Shown here one piece after another: positions 1 to 9,021 of a stretch of 64,000 nucleotides of DNA. The stretch covers positions 1,184,001 to 1,248,000 of the forward strand of contig CAVYGN010000002.1 in assembly GCA_963768055.1 (NCBI GenBank), given 5' to 3'. The translations under genes and the position numbers were made by a program. The notes beneath the pieces are model-generated. The model was not told the origin of the DNA and did no database searches. It worked only from the letters and a program-made list of their open reading frames with translations. Source of the DNA: an uncultured Spirochaetota bacterium (GTDB taxonomy: Bacteria; Spirochaetota; Brevinematia; Brevinematales; JAOACQ01). Every line of letters starts with the position of its first letter. Position 1 is the first letter of the stretch.

Positions 1-579
1 TGTCTTCGCTCCGTCGGTTGTTGTAAAGAGACTCCCCCCGCTGTCAAAAAGATAGCCGGTTTTCGGGTTCAATAATGAAATAGCTTCGATTTCCAGTATC
101 CCTTCGGGAAGTTTTATGGCAGTCCATGATTTGCCTCCGTCGGAAGTATTGGCTAGCAATTCCTGGGAACCGATCCAGCCGTTGCTGGCGTCCGAAAAGC
201 TGAGATAACGGCACTGATTCGGTTCGGATCCGCCGAAAGAAGCCAATTCCGACCAATTAACCCCGCTGTCGTGAGATATACGTACATTTCTGTAGTTTCC
301 GCAGCTCCAGGCATTTTTAGCATCCAGAATTTCGAGTCCGAACAGGCAATATGAAGAATTAGTTCCGTGTGGCCATGTTTTCCCACCATCGGTCGTATAA
401 TGCACTTCACCCGCATACCCTGCGGTAATGCCGGTTCCGGCATTGTTAAACCCTGCGATATAAACGTGAAAAGAATAATCTGAAACCGATAAAACCTTCC
501 AGCCGGAATCCGCGAATACACAGGCCGAATTGATCAGCAAACCAAGAATTGTACAGTGAACAACAGTTAACAAACGCAT
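1..579 (-). CDS. Secreted BNR/Asp-box repeat (Ycf48-like) beta-propeller protein, 3' end outside window
   Basis: Manual translation (absent from ORF track): MRLLTVVHCTILGLLINSACVFA signal peptide, then Asp-boxes YTTDGGKTW, ISHDSGVNW, TSDGGKSW, TTTDGAKT. AGGAGG RBS at 589-594; frame open to position 1. Confidence 0.88.
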   Translation of the reverse strand, partial: MRLLTVVHCTILGLLINSACVFADSGWKVLSVSDYSFHVYIAGFNNAGTGITAGYAGEVHYTTDGGKTWPHGTNSSYCLFGLEILDAKNAWSCGNYRNVRISHDSGVNWSELASFGGSEPNQCRYLSFSDASNGWIGSQELLANTSDGGKSWTAIKLPEGILEIEAISLLNPKTGYLFDSGGSLFTTTDGAKT

Positions 580-682
580 AATATTTTTCCTCCTATAAAT
601 ATCATGATTATATTATAGGAAATATCAAAATAAGAATGGAGTGTCGATTTACAATAAGAAACAGCTTTTTTACAATTTTAAT

Positions 683-1621
683 TCAGGGAAGAACGGACGG
701 ATCGTCAATCCAGTTGTACTGCTTGCGGTAGGACCTTGGATTGAATCCGGTATGCTTTTTAAATGTCCGTCCAAAATGGGCCGGATCGATAAAACCGGCC
801 CTTTCCATAATTTCGGCTACAGGGATGGTAGTATCCCGGAGAAGCATAGCTGAAAGCCGGACACGGAATTGAAGCATATACTCTTTGATCGATAGGGAGG
901 TATAATTCCTGAACTTGTTCATCAATGTTGTCCTGTTGGTATTGAATATTCTGGCCAGTTCGTCAATCGTAAATCTATTTCCATAGTGAGTATGGAGATA
1001 AAGTATAATTTCCTCGGCCTCCGATGGCTTTTGAGATATGATAGTTTCATTCCTGCTCATATTCGGTTCCCCATACAGCCTCCGGATCAAGAACAGCAGT
1101 TCTATCAGAAAAGAACGGCTCATGCAAGGCCAGTAATCATTATCCTGGGCCGATAATTCTCTGTTAATCTCCTGGATAAGCCGGTTTGTCCTGTGGACAA
1201 TAATGAGAGAGGCAGGGATATAACCGAAATAATCATTTTTTTTATGAACAAATGGATGAAAATAATAGCAGTCGTTTAATTCACTGCCGGTGAAATGACT
1301 ATCGTTATGGAGTTTTCCGTTTATGAAATTATGATTAATGATCCTGGGATCAAAAACAACCAGGTCCGCCTTCAAATTATCCTTTTTATCTAAAACCATT
1401 TCATCAAGATCATTCAGCAATAAAAAGGCGGGGGACTCCAGAAACCTTCTCCGCCCGTTTAAAATAAAAATAGCCGCGCCCTCACGAATGAAATAAATGC
1501 GGTAATAGTTTTTTATTTCCCTGTCTTGTATAAAATTAAAATTTAGGTACACTCCAAGTTCAAAGCGCCATCCTACTTCAAAGAACCAGTCTTTTCTAAA
1601 GTTTTTGGTGAAATATTCCAT
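683..1621 (-). CDS. AraC-family transcriptional regulator
   Basis: N-terminal cupin-like region; C-terminal HTH pair (FTIDELARIFNTNRTTL...AGFIDPAHFGRTFKKHTGFNPRSYR). Start moved from the track's 1642 to the ATG at 1621. Confidence 0.9.
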   Translation of the reverse strand: MEYFTKNFRKDWFFEVGWRFELGVYLNFNFIQDREIKNYYRIYFIREGAAIFILNGRRRFLESPAFLLLNDLDEMVLDKKDNLKADLVVFDPRIINHNFINGKLHNDSHFTGSELNDCYYFHPFVHKKNDYFGYIPASLIIVHRTNRLIQEINRELSAQDNDYWPCMSRSFLIELLFLIRRLYGEPNMSRNETIISQKPSEAEEIILYLHTHYGNRFTIDELARIFNTNRTTLMNKFRNYTSLSIKEYMLQFRVRLSAMLLRDTTIPVAEIMERAGFIDPAHFGRTFKKHTGFNPRSYRKQYNWIDDPSVLP

Positions 1622-1747
1622 ATGATCCCAGAAATAACACAAATTCTATTAATAGTAAAATTCTAACAGAAATAAGAAATAAATGCCAATTAAAATTATT
1701 TTCTCATCTCGTTTGATATCTCCTCCAGACAGCATAGCCTACCGGCT

Positions 1748-1781
1748 CTTGTGCCCGAAGGGTACTTGTGCCCGAAGGGTA
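1748..1781. repeat. 2 x 17-bp tandem repeat CTTGTGCCCGAAGGGTA inside an imperfect inverted repeat (REP-like)
   Basis: Exact tandem copies at 1748-1764 and 1765-1781, flanked by CATAGCCT-ACCGG / CCGGT-GAAA-AGGCTATG arms. Confidence 0.8.
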
Positions 1782-1828
1782 TGTCCGGTGAAAAGGCTAT
1801 GTCCTGTAAGGAGGTTATTAGAAGTGCC

Positions 1829-3018
1829 CTAAATTACATGTTTTTTGGGTATTCTGGATAAAAATAAAAAAATCAGTGTAATGCATCCAAGTACAATCAT
1901 TGTCATATGTAATGATTTATCTGCAAGTAGCCCGACACAAGGATAAAGAAGAAACATAATCAATTTTTCCAGCATTGACACACCGGAAAGTACTGTGGCC
2001 CGGTTCCTGCTTTCAATAAGCTGATTCATTAAATCCGACAAAAGCGGTGCTCTGAGCTGTTTGAGGCCTGCAATGCTAAATATTGCCGGAATAATAATAA
2101 AAGGTGAAAAAGTAAAACCCAATAAAATAAAAAATATTCCGGGAATTAAAGCGGAAAAAAGGATAAGTGTTTTTAATCCGAATATTTTTTCAAGTCTTGA
2201 AGAGTTAAATAAAAGCAGCATCCCGATTAGATTAAAGCCGGCTCCGAAGAAACCGTTCCATCCGATAGGAAATCCGGCCAGTCCGGTTATTTTCTGATAA
2301 AACCAGTAGATAAAAAATGTTACAGCAGATATCAATGCAAAATTAAATCCGTATAAACGTATACCTGGATGACGGAAAATATATAAAAAACCATATACGC
2401 CTTCTTTAACAAGGCTCTCGATTTTCTTATGTCTCCCGGGTTCTTTTACGAATATGGACGCTGTTCCAGCAAGAAACATGATAACCCGGAAAGAATAAAT
2501 GTATAAGGTAAGCCTTTCGGATATTGAAATAGATTGCTTCCAGCCAGAAGTGAACCTATTGGGAAAGCTGCAAGCATTCCGATTGTTCCAAAAGCATCCG
2601 ATCGTGAAAAATAACTGCGGGATTCTTTTTCTTTTCCGTACTCAAGCAATGTATCGAAAAGCAGCGCCCGGTCAGTACCCGAAAACAAAGCCATTCCAAT
2701 AGCGCAAATAAAGTTCGCTATATAGAAAACAATATAGTTATTAACCAGCCCAAATAGAAGGAATCCAAGCCCGGAAAATATACCTCCCAGGACAAGTGAA
2801 AATTTTCTTCCGAATTTATCGGCGATTACTCCGGTTGGAATTTCAAGCAATACAACTTCAAGAGCGAAAACCGCTTCCAGAATAAAAGAACGAGTATAAT
2901 CCAGTTTTGCCCAGGCAAGGTAAAAAAGCAAAGTGACCGAACCAAAAAAAAGAAAGTTTTTGAGAAATTCGAAAAGATAAATAAGATTAATATTTTTATT
3001 TAAACTTTGCCGATTCAT
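1829..3018 (-). pseudogene. MFS transporter split by a single-base frameshift near 2486 (possibly a sequencing error)
   Basis: ORF 2446-3018 carries the MFS motif (EIPTGVIADKFGRK); ORF 1829-2479 is the C-terminal half. One extra G in TCCGGG joins them as ...ILSGVIMFLAGTA... Confidence 0.85.
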
Positions 3019-3125
3019 TTTTTCTCCTGAAACCGGATTAATAAAATCAAAAGGATTTTATTTGGAGTAACTTTTATTGTCAAAGATTGACAGCCTGCTA
3101 TAGACCTTTTATACGTGGTGGCCCT

Positions 3126-3479
3126 TTACCCGGTTATGTGATTTAAAACTTTCATGCCTGCAGAAACATCTACTATCGGAGGAAAGAGGAAACGGGTTGT
3201 CGCTTCGCTGTCAATAGATTTAAAAGCCTGCGTTTCGTTATTGTTAAAGTTATTCAATAAAAAGTTCCAGGAATACTGTAATATAACATGGTATATTACA
3301 GGCATAAAAATCGAACCGGTAGCCGGATAATAATGAAACCCGCAATTGATAACCATCGCCGAGATAATTATTATTATTATCGTAATAACTTCGTACTGGG
3401 GATCTAAAAAACCGAATCCACCCATTGTTTGGCCGTTTGGTCCAAAAGGAATCACCCGGGAAAGAAATTGTAGAGGCAA
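3126..3479 (-). pseudogene. Possible C-terminal fragment of a CPBP/CAAX-protease-like membrane protein
   Basis: TGSIFMPVIYHVILQYSWN resembles the CPBP last-helix motif; no good start or RBS, and no EE motif. Confidence 0.3.
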
Positions 3480-3610
3480 ATAACTTGACTACTGGTTCAT
3501 TGCTATTTGAGTCAGGTGCCGGTTTATCGGCTGGTCATAATGTCCCGGATGAATTTTCATGAGGCTGTCAAGTCCTTGTCAGTCCAATTTCCTGATGGTT
3601 TCGTGCCGGG

Positions 3611-4576
3611 TCATGAAAGCATGGCCACGATTTTGGCGCCGGCATCCTGTTTCAATGCCTTTACGAGATTCAAAAGTTCGACCCTGCTCCTTGCGCCTGT
3701 TTTCTGGTAGATATTATAAATATGATTTTTTACGGTCAAGGCCGATATTTTGAGGTCATAGGCTATCTCCTTATTGAGCTGCCCCATGGCCATCCTGGTA
3801 ATTATTATTTTTTCACTCGGCGTGATCCTGTAATTCTGGAGAAAAATATCCGGAATAATCAATGAGGTGATATCCTCCGGGTTAAGGAAATAATATCTGC
3901 CTATGAAAATAACTGAGAACAAATTCCATATGAAATAAAAAACATTTGTCGAAGATAAAGGGCGGATATAACGGTAAAGATTGAAGTTCCAGAAATACTC
4001 GAATATCCAGATCGGGATAAAAACAATATACTGGAGAAGCATGATAATGATTATCGTTTTCTTTTCCTGGATCGGAGTGTTTTTAATTCCGCTTAACATC
4101 AGGATAATGCAGAAGACATTGACGCCAATCATGATTATGGCAATTGCCCTGAAAGTTAAATTTATCAATACGAACTGTCTCAAATCGAAATTAGGGTTAA
4201 AAAGAATATAAGGAACGAATGTGATCAGGACTATAGAGGAAGCCAGAACCCCGAATAAGGTTTTTAAAACCTTGCTGAATTTTATGCCGAGCAGCGTATA
4301 TAGCCAGCCCGGCAATGTATATATTATTACTCCGTAGCATAGATTGTAAAGCAGGACTGTAATAATATTGCCGTATGTGTCGTATTTCGATAGGAAAGCC
4401 ACGCGGTAGTAATCTATGTTTATTAATATAAGAACGGCTGTCAAAGCAGTTATAAACGGGATATAGTACCTGAAGAAAACGAGCCTTGTCCTGATCTGGC
4501 AGATTATTATAAGAGTAATAGCAGCAAAACCTGAAGAATAAGAGCATAAATAAATAATTAAAAGCGTGTATTTCAT
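3611..4576 (-). CDS. Membrane-anchored LuxR-family regulator (multi-TM N-terminus, C-terminal LuxR HTH)
   Basis: About 7 hydrophobic segments, then ITPSEKIIITRMAMGQLNKEIAYDLKISALTVKNHIYNIYQKTGARSRVEL. Confidence 0.9.
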   Translation of the reverse strand: MKYTLLIIYLCSYSSGFAAITLIIICQIRTRLVFFRYYIPFITALTAVLILINIDYYRVAFLSKYDTYGNIITVLLYNLCYGVIIYTLPGWLYTLLGIKFSKVLKTLFGVLASSIVLITFVPYILFNPNFDLRQFVLINLTFRAIAIIMIGVNVFCIILMLSGIKNTPIQEKKTIIIIMLLQYIVFIPIWIFEYFWNFNLYRYIRPLSSTNVFYFIWNLFSVIFIGRYYFLNPEDITSLIIPDIFLQNYRITPSEKIIITRMAMGQLNKEIAYDLKISALTVKNHIYNIYQKTGARSRVELLNLVKALKQDAGAKIVAMLS

Positions 4577-4688
4577 AATATTCAAAACCGGCCTTAATAA
4601 TAAAACATCGATATTTATTGTCAAGTTTCATTAATTTGAGTAGCGGTATTTTCAGACATAATTTATAATCTTTTAAACGAGGTATTAT

Positions 4689-5684
4689 ATGGGCAGGTTT
4701 TTAATATCTGCTTTGTTTTTATCGGCAGTTTTATCGGCTTATGCGGGGGAATCGGGTCTTTACACCATGAACAATGAAATTTATTACGGGGATCCCTCTA
4801 AAACCGATTTTAATAAATTGACCTCGGGGAATGTGGATTATCATCCCACAATGTCCCCGGATGGAAAATTTGTTTTATTTTTCAGACTGACAGGAAATTA
4901 CTTATGGTATGTCCAGAGGTGGAAAACATCGGTCGACATAATCGGTACTGACGGCGCGGTGGTAAGAAAACTTACAAGCGGAAGCTTTGCCGATTACGAC
5001 CCCGAATGGTCGCTTGACGGCTCAAATTACATTTACTTCAATCGTTATGATACCGTCAAGAACCAGTTTTTGATTTACAGGACCTCCGTTTCTTCCTCTC
5101 CCGGCGATGAAGAACTTGTAAGCGACCCGGATTTCAGCGAGGGCGGCTTAATTTGCCTTAAAGACGGCAGGTTAATTATTACCTCGAGCCGGGGTAGTAA
5201 AAAGAATTATTCATATATTTATTCGGACACCCCCGGCAAAGACGGATTTTTCGAACCCCCGTTTATCTACGCCCTGACACCGTCTCCGGGCAGGGCGGGG
5301 AAATACGAGCAGATCCGTTTCCAGCATAAGCTTAACGCCCTTCCCTTTCACATGTCCGTTTCAATGAATGAAAAAAGCTTTTCATGCGAACTTAATTATT
5401 CCTGGGATACTTTTAGCTATAATGGCCATCCCCTGATGGCAGCCGATTTCGATGCTAAAAACCTTGTCATTTCAAATGAAGAGGTCCTGATCGATACAAG
5501 ATACTATTCGGTGTCTCAATTCCCTGCGGTTACCGCTGACAGCGAAGGCCTGATCTATTCATCCGATATAGACGGAAAATTCCAGCTTTATTATTATTTA
5601 CGCTCTACAGGAAAAATAACCCGAATATCATATCAAAGGAGTTCGGATTACAAATTTTTCAAACCCGGTTCTATTCTGAAATAA
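4689..5684 (+). CDS. Secreted TolB-like (PD40 repeat) beta-propeller protein, paralog 1
   Basis: Signal peptide; PTMSPDGK and PEWSLDGS repeats; GAGG RBS. Confidence 0.85.
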   Translation: MGRFLISALFLSAVLSAYAGESGLYTMNNEIYYGDPSKTDFNKLTSGNVDYHPTMSPDGKFVLFFRLTGNYLWYVQRWKTSVDIIGTDGAVVRKLTSGSFADYDPEWSLDGSNYIYFNRYDTVKNQFLIYRTSVSSSPGDEELVSDPDFSEGGLICLKDGRLIITSSRGSKKNYSYIYSDTPGKDGFFEPPFIYALTPSPGRAGKYEQIRFQHKLNALPFHMSVSMNEKSFSCELNYSWDTFSYNGHPLMAADFDAKNLVISNEEVLIDTRYYSVSQFPAVTADSEGLIYSSDIDGKFQLYYYLRSTGKITRISYQRSSDYKFFKPGSILK

Positions 5685-5696
5685 CTTTTTTATCAT

Positions 5697-5714
5697 ATAG
5701 GAATAAATTCCTAT
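5697..5714. promoter_or_regulatory. 18-bp inverted repeat, candidate regulator binding site
   Basis: ATAGGAAT-AA-ATTCCTAT in the intergenic region upstream of the second TolB-like gene. Confidence 0.5.
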
Positions 5715-5814
5715 TTTAAAATACCGCCTTTCTGGGAAAAACTTCCTATTGTGTAAACCCCTCTATTTTGATAAACTTTTGTAAATTCTGGAGCATTTTT
5801 AAAAGGAGGAATTT

Positions 5815-6807
5815 ATGAAACTTTTTCAGATCATGGCAATTGTTATGCTCGCCTGCGCATCGGCCTTTGCGGAAAGGGCCGCCTATACGGTTAACGACGA
5901 AATCTATGTAAACAACCTCGGCTCACCCGAAGGCAGCCCTATCACAAGCGGCCACCCCGACTATAAGCCTTCCTGGTCCGCCGACGGAAAATGGATAGTA
6001 TTTTTCCGGATCATGGCAAATCCCGGATGGGATATAAGCCGCTGGAAAACGGCTATATTTATAGTAAAACCCGACGGGTCGGAACTCAGGCAGCTTACAA
6101 GCGGTAAATTTACCGACTATAATCCGACCTGGTCGAGGGAGGGTTCTAATTTTATTATTATAAACCGTTATGAAAAATCTTTAAACCGCTGCTATATCTA
6201 CAGGACTACCCCCGATTCGAAGCCGGGCGACGAGATCCTAATAAGCGATCCAAATTACAGCGAATTCGGGAACACCTGCTCAAAAGACGGAAGGATCCTC
6301 GTAACATCCGACAGGTTCCGTGATAAAATTCCGGGTTATGTTCTTTCATCCTCTCCCGTCAAGGAAGGGTATTTCGAACCGCCTTTTGTATTCATAATGA
6401 CACCCGATCCGGGGCATGCAGGCAGATATGAACAGATCCGTTTCCAGCATAAGCTTCCTGCCCTGCCAAGCAGGGTGAACCTTTCGGAAAGCGAAAGGCT
6501 CGTCGCCTACGAAGTAGACAATTCCTGGGGAAATTTCTCTTATAGCGGCCATCCCCTTGTGATAGCCGAGATAGACCTTAAAGGGCTTGTCGTTTCAAAC
6601 GAGGTTACCGTACACGAAACACCTGGAAACGTCTGCTCGATTTATCCGACTTTTACAAAGGATGAAAAGGGGATTATTTACTGCGACAACAGGAACAATA
6701 TCTTCCAGTTCTATTATTATGACAGAGATAAAAAAAACACAACCAGAATATCATCAAACCAGGGAGCGGATTATAAATATTTCTGCCCTGAAGCGGTTCC
6801 CAAATAG
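5815..6807 (+). CDS. Secreted TolB-like (PD40 repeat) beta-propeller protein, paralog 2
   Basis: Signal peptide; PSWSADGK and PTWSREGS; collinear with 4689-5684 (shared FEPPF, YEQIRFQHKL, FSYxGHPL); AAGGAGG RBS. Confidence 0.85.
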   Translation: MKLFQIMAIVMLACASAFAERAAYTVNDEIYVNNLGSPEGSPITSGHPDYKPSWSADGKWIVFFRIMANPGWDISRWKTAIFIVKPDGSELRQLTSGKFTDYNPTWSREGSNFIIINRYEKSLNRCYIYRTTPDSKPGDEILISDPNYSEFGNTCSKDGRILVTSDRFRDKIPGYVLSSSPVKEGYFEPPFVFIMTPDPGHAGRYEQIRFQHKLPALPSRVNLSESERLVAYEVDNSWGNFSYSGHPLVIAEIDLKGLVVSNEVTVHETPGNVCSIYPTFTKDEKGIIYCDNRNNIFQFYYYDRDKKNTTRISSNQGADYKYFCPEAVPK

Positions 6808-6815
6808 GAGGGGCC

Positions 6816-8420
6816 ATGAAGAAGATATTTAAAAGAGCGTTAATATTCCTCCAGGCCGCAATCGTCATAGCAGCCGTCATCAACTGCAGCGTAAGGCCCG
6901 ACGATATGGCGGACAAGGCGTCCATGACCCTTGAGTTCAAAACCGGCAGCCATTTTACAAATCTCGTTAAAGTCGGCTTTTCGTCAAGGACAGCCGAGCC
7001 CTCCGATTCAGATGTAAAAATCATGGCCGACGAGGTTATATTCCAGATCCTGGGCCCTAAAGGCCTTGACTCGATCGTAAAAAAGGGCGACAAAGTAGTC
7101 ATTAAAGTCAATAATGTTGGCCCCTACGTAGGCTTAAACGGCGAGAAAGGCCGAGGCGTTATAACAGACCCGAGGCTTGTAAGGTATATTGCCGAAAAGG
7201 TAAGGGATATCATCGGGTCGGAAGGCAGTTCAGACCTGAAGGTGGTCGACGGGGTTTATTCGCCCTCTAAAAATCCCTCGGATCCCGACAATAAGCAAAG
7301 CTTTTACTGGGCCAGGCTTGAAAGGAGCGAAACGAACGGCGGGACCGTTTATTACGATGAGAAGGGAAGCGGGTTCCTCGACGGAGGTTCGAAGGCAAAG
7401 CTTGTCAATCTTGACGCGATAGGCAGTGACGAACGCTTCCTTGCCAGGGTGAAAAATTCTGAAGGTGGCTACATAAATGTCTGGATGCCCTTTTTTATGA
7501 GGACAAAGGAAGATGCGCTAAAATACGGGCCGGCTTCTGCGACAAACGAATTCTGCGATGTTCTCATAGGCCTTCCCGTGTTTAAAAGCCATGGCTTTGC
7601 CGGGGTTACGGGGGCCCTGAAACTCGATTACGGGTTCAGGCCTGTTTTCAGCTTTAAAGGCGAAACCGGAAGGTTTTCCCACAGCGGCCTTGGCTACGAC
7701 TATTCCGGAATGCATAACGAGGAGAAATTGTTTTATTTCCTCTGCGCCCAGCACAGGGTAAGGGACTACGACCTGATAATAATGGACTGCCTTGCGGGAA
7801 ACCGCAGGGGCCCTACAAATCCGACCGGGGGAGTAAGCAGCGTGGATTACTCCTTGAGAGTGGATTATATCCTTACGCATGCAATGATGGCTTCTGTAAA
7901 CTCTGTGGCGATAGATACCGCCGAGGCCGTCCTTGCAGGCTACGATGCATCCTCGATTGAATTACTGGGCATTGCAAGCTCCTGCGGCCTCGGCCCTAAC
8001 GATCCTGGCCTTATCGAGCTATGCGGCCTTACAAATTTTTCTTCTCACAGGAAATGGCTTTACGACACTTATTCTCCAAAAGGCCTGTACCCCTTCCAGA
8101 ATAGATGGGGAGTATCGAAAGCTGAAACAAATGTTAACCTTTCGGGTCCCGGCCAGGTATTCCTTTCCAGGCCCGAACGGGTTAAGGGCGGCATCTATAA
8201 TTTCAAGTTCGGAGTTAATCCTTCGGCTTCGGGCCTGAAAATAACCAGGATCGACCTGCTTGTGGACGGTAAAATTTTTATATCCCTGCCAGACGCCTCT
8301 GTCAGGAAGTTTACCGCGGACCTCAGGCCCTTTTTGAAGCATACTATAGCTTGCAGGATAGCAGTCTGGGACGGTCAGTTCAACTGTTCGATATCGGATG
8401 AAAACAGTTTGAAATTATAA
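6816..8420 (+). CDS. DUF362-domain putative lipoprotein with Ig-like C-terminus
   Basis: IVKKGDKVVIKVN, ITDPRLV, LPVFKSHGFAGVTGALK and VAIDTAEA match the DUF362 pattern; signal sequence ends ...IAAVINC. Confidence 0.75.
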   Translation: MKKIFKRALIFLQAAIVIAAVINCSVRPDDMADKASMTLEFKTGSHFTNLVKVGFSSRTAEPSDSDVKIMADEVIFQILGPKGLDSIVKKGDKVVIKVNNVGPYVGLNGEKGRGVITDPRLVRYIAEKVRDIIGSEGSSDLKVVDGVYSPSKNPSDPDNKQSFYWARLERSETNGGTVYYDEKGSGFLDGGSKAKLVNLDAIGSDERFLARVKNSEGGYINVWMPFFMRTKEDALKYGPASATNEFCDVLIGLPVFKSHGFAGVTGALKLDYGFRPVFSFKGETGRFSHSGLGYDYSGMHNEEKLFYFLCAQHRVRDYDLIIMDCLAGNRRGPTNPTGGVSSVDYSLRVDYILTHAMMASVNSVAIDTAEAVLAGYDASSIELLGIASSCGLGPNDPGLIELCGLTNFSSHRKWLYDTYSPKGLYPFQNRWGVSKAETNVNLSGPGQVFLSRPERVKGGIYNFKFGVNPSASGLKITRIDLLVDGKIFISLPDASVRKFTADLRPFLKHTIACRIAVWDGQFNCSISDENSLKL

Positions 8421-8452
8421 AAAAGCGATAAAGTTCAAGCATCTACATTGAA

Positions 8453-8472
8453 CCGGGATTTCCCGGATGAAA
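8453..8472. repeat. 20-bp palindromic direct repeat, copy 1 (CCGGGATTTCCCGGATGAAA)
   Basis: 19/20 identical to 11519-11538. Confidence 0.6.
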
Positions 8473-8484
8473 CTTTGAAAATGG

Positions 8485-8827
8485 ATGACGGCATTTGCCG
8501 CTGATAAAAACGAGTACTTCCCCGGAGATTCTTGGAGAGTGTCCACCCCGGAATCGCAGGGAATGGATTCCGGCTATCTTGTAAGGATGATGGATTATAT
8601 CCGCACCAATAAACTGGATATACACAGTCTGATTGTCATCCGGCATGGTTATGTAGTAATGGAGGCTTATGCGGCTTGATAACAATACGCACTGGCTGAC
8701 CACCAGCTATCTGGCAGTAGAATTTATAAACAAGTCCATTATTTCGAACAGGGGCATACCGGAAGACATTGAGAAGCAGGCAGAACATGCCTCTGCAATT
8801 ATGAATTTCGGGATAAAACCCCTTTGA
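8485..8827 (+). pseudogene. Serine hydrolase (beta-lactamase family) remnant with large internal deletion
   Basis: N-terminal WRVSTPESQGMDS...IHSLIVIRHGYVVMEAY stops before the SxxK motif; another frame continues DNNTHWLTTSYLAVEFINKSIISNRGIPED...KPL* to 8827. Confidence 0.7.
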
Positions 8828-9021
8828 AATGTTTAATCAAAAAAGTTAGGCAATGTTTTGGCATGAATATTTTTTGATTTTTAATATGCCAAATTTTAAA
8901 ATAAATCAATAGCTTTTAGGAGTATTATATCAAATGAATAATCTTTTCACTGAAGCTATTGTTGACAAGTAATGTAAATGGGAATCCGCCGTATATAAAT
9001 GCAATTCAAGGAGTCAATTTT

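Noticed and set aside
44..521. ORF-track ORFs 44-256 and 153-521
   Set aside because: Alternative frames of the real Asp-box gene at 1-579.
1748..1781. Tandem repeats as a CRISPR array
   Set aside because: Only two 17-bp units, no spacers, no cas genes.
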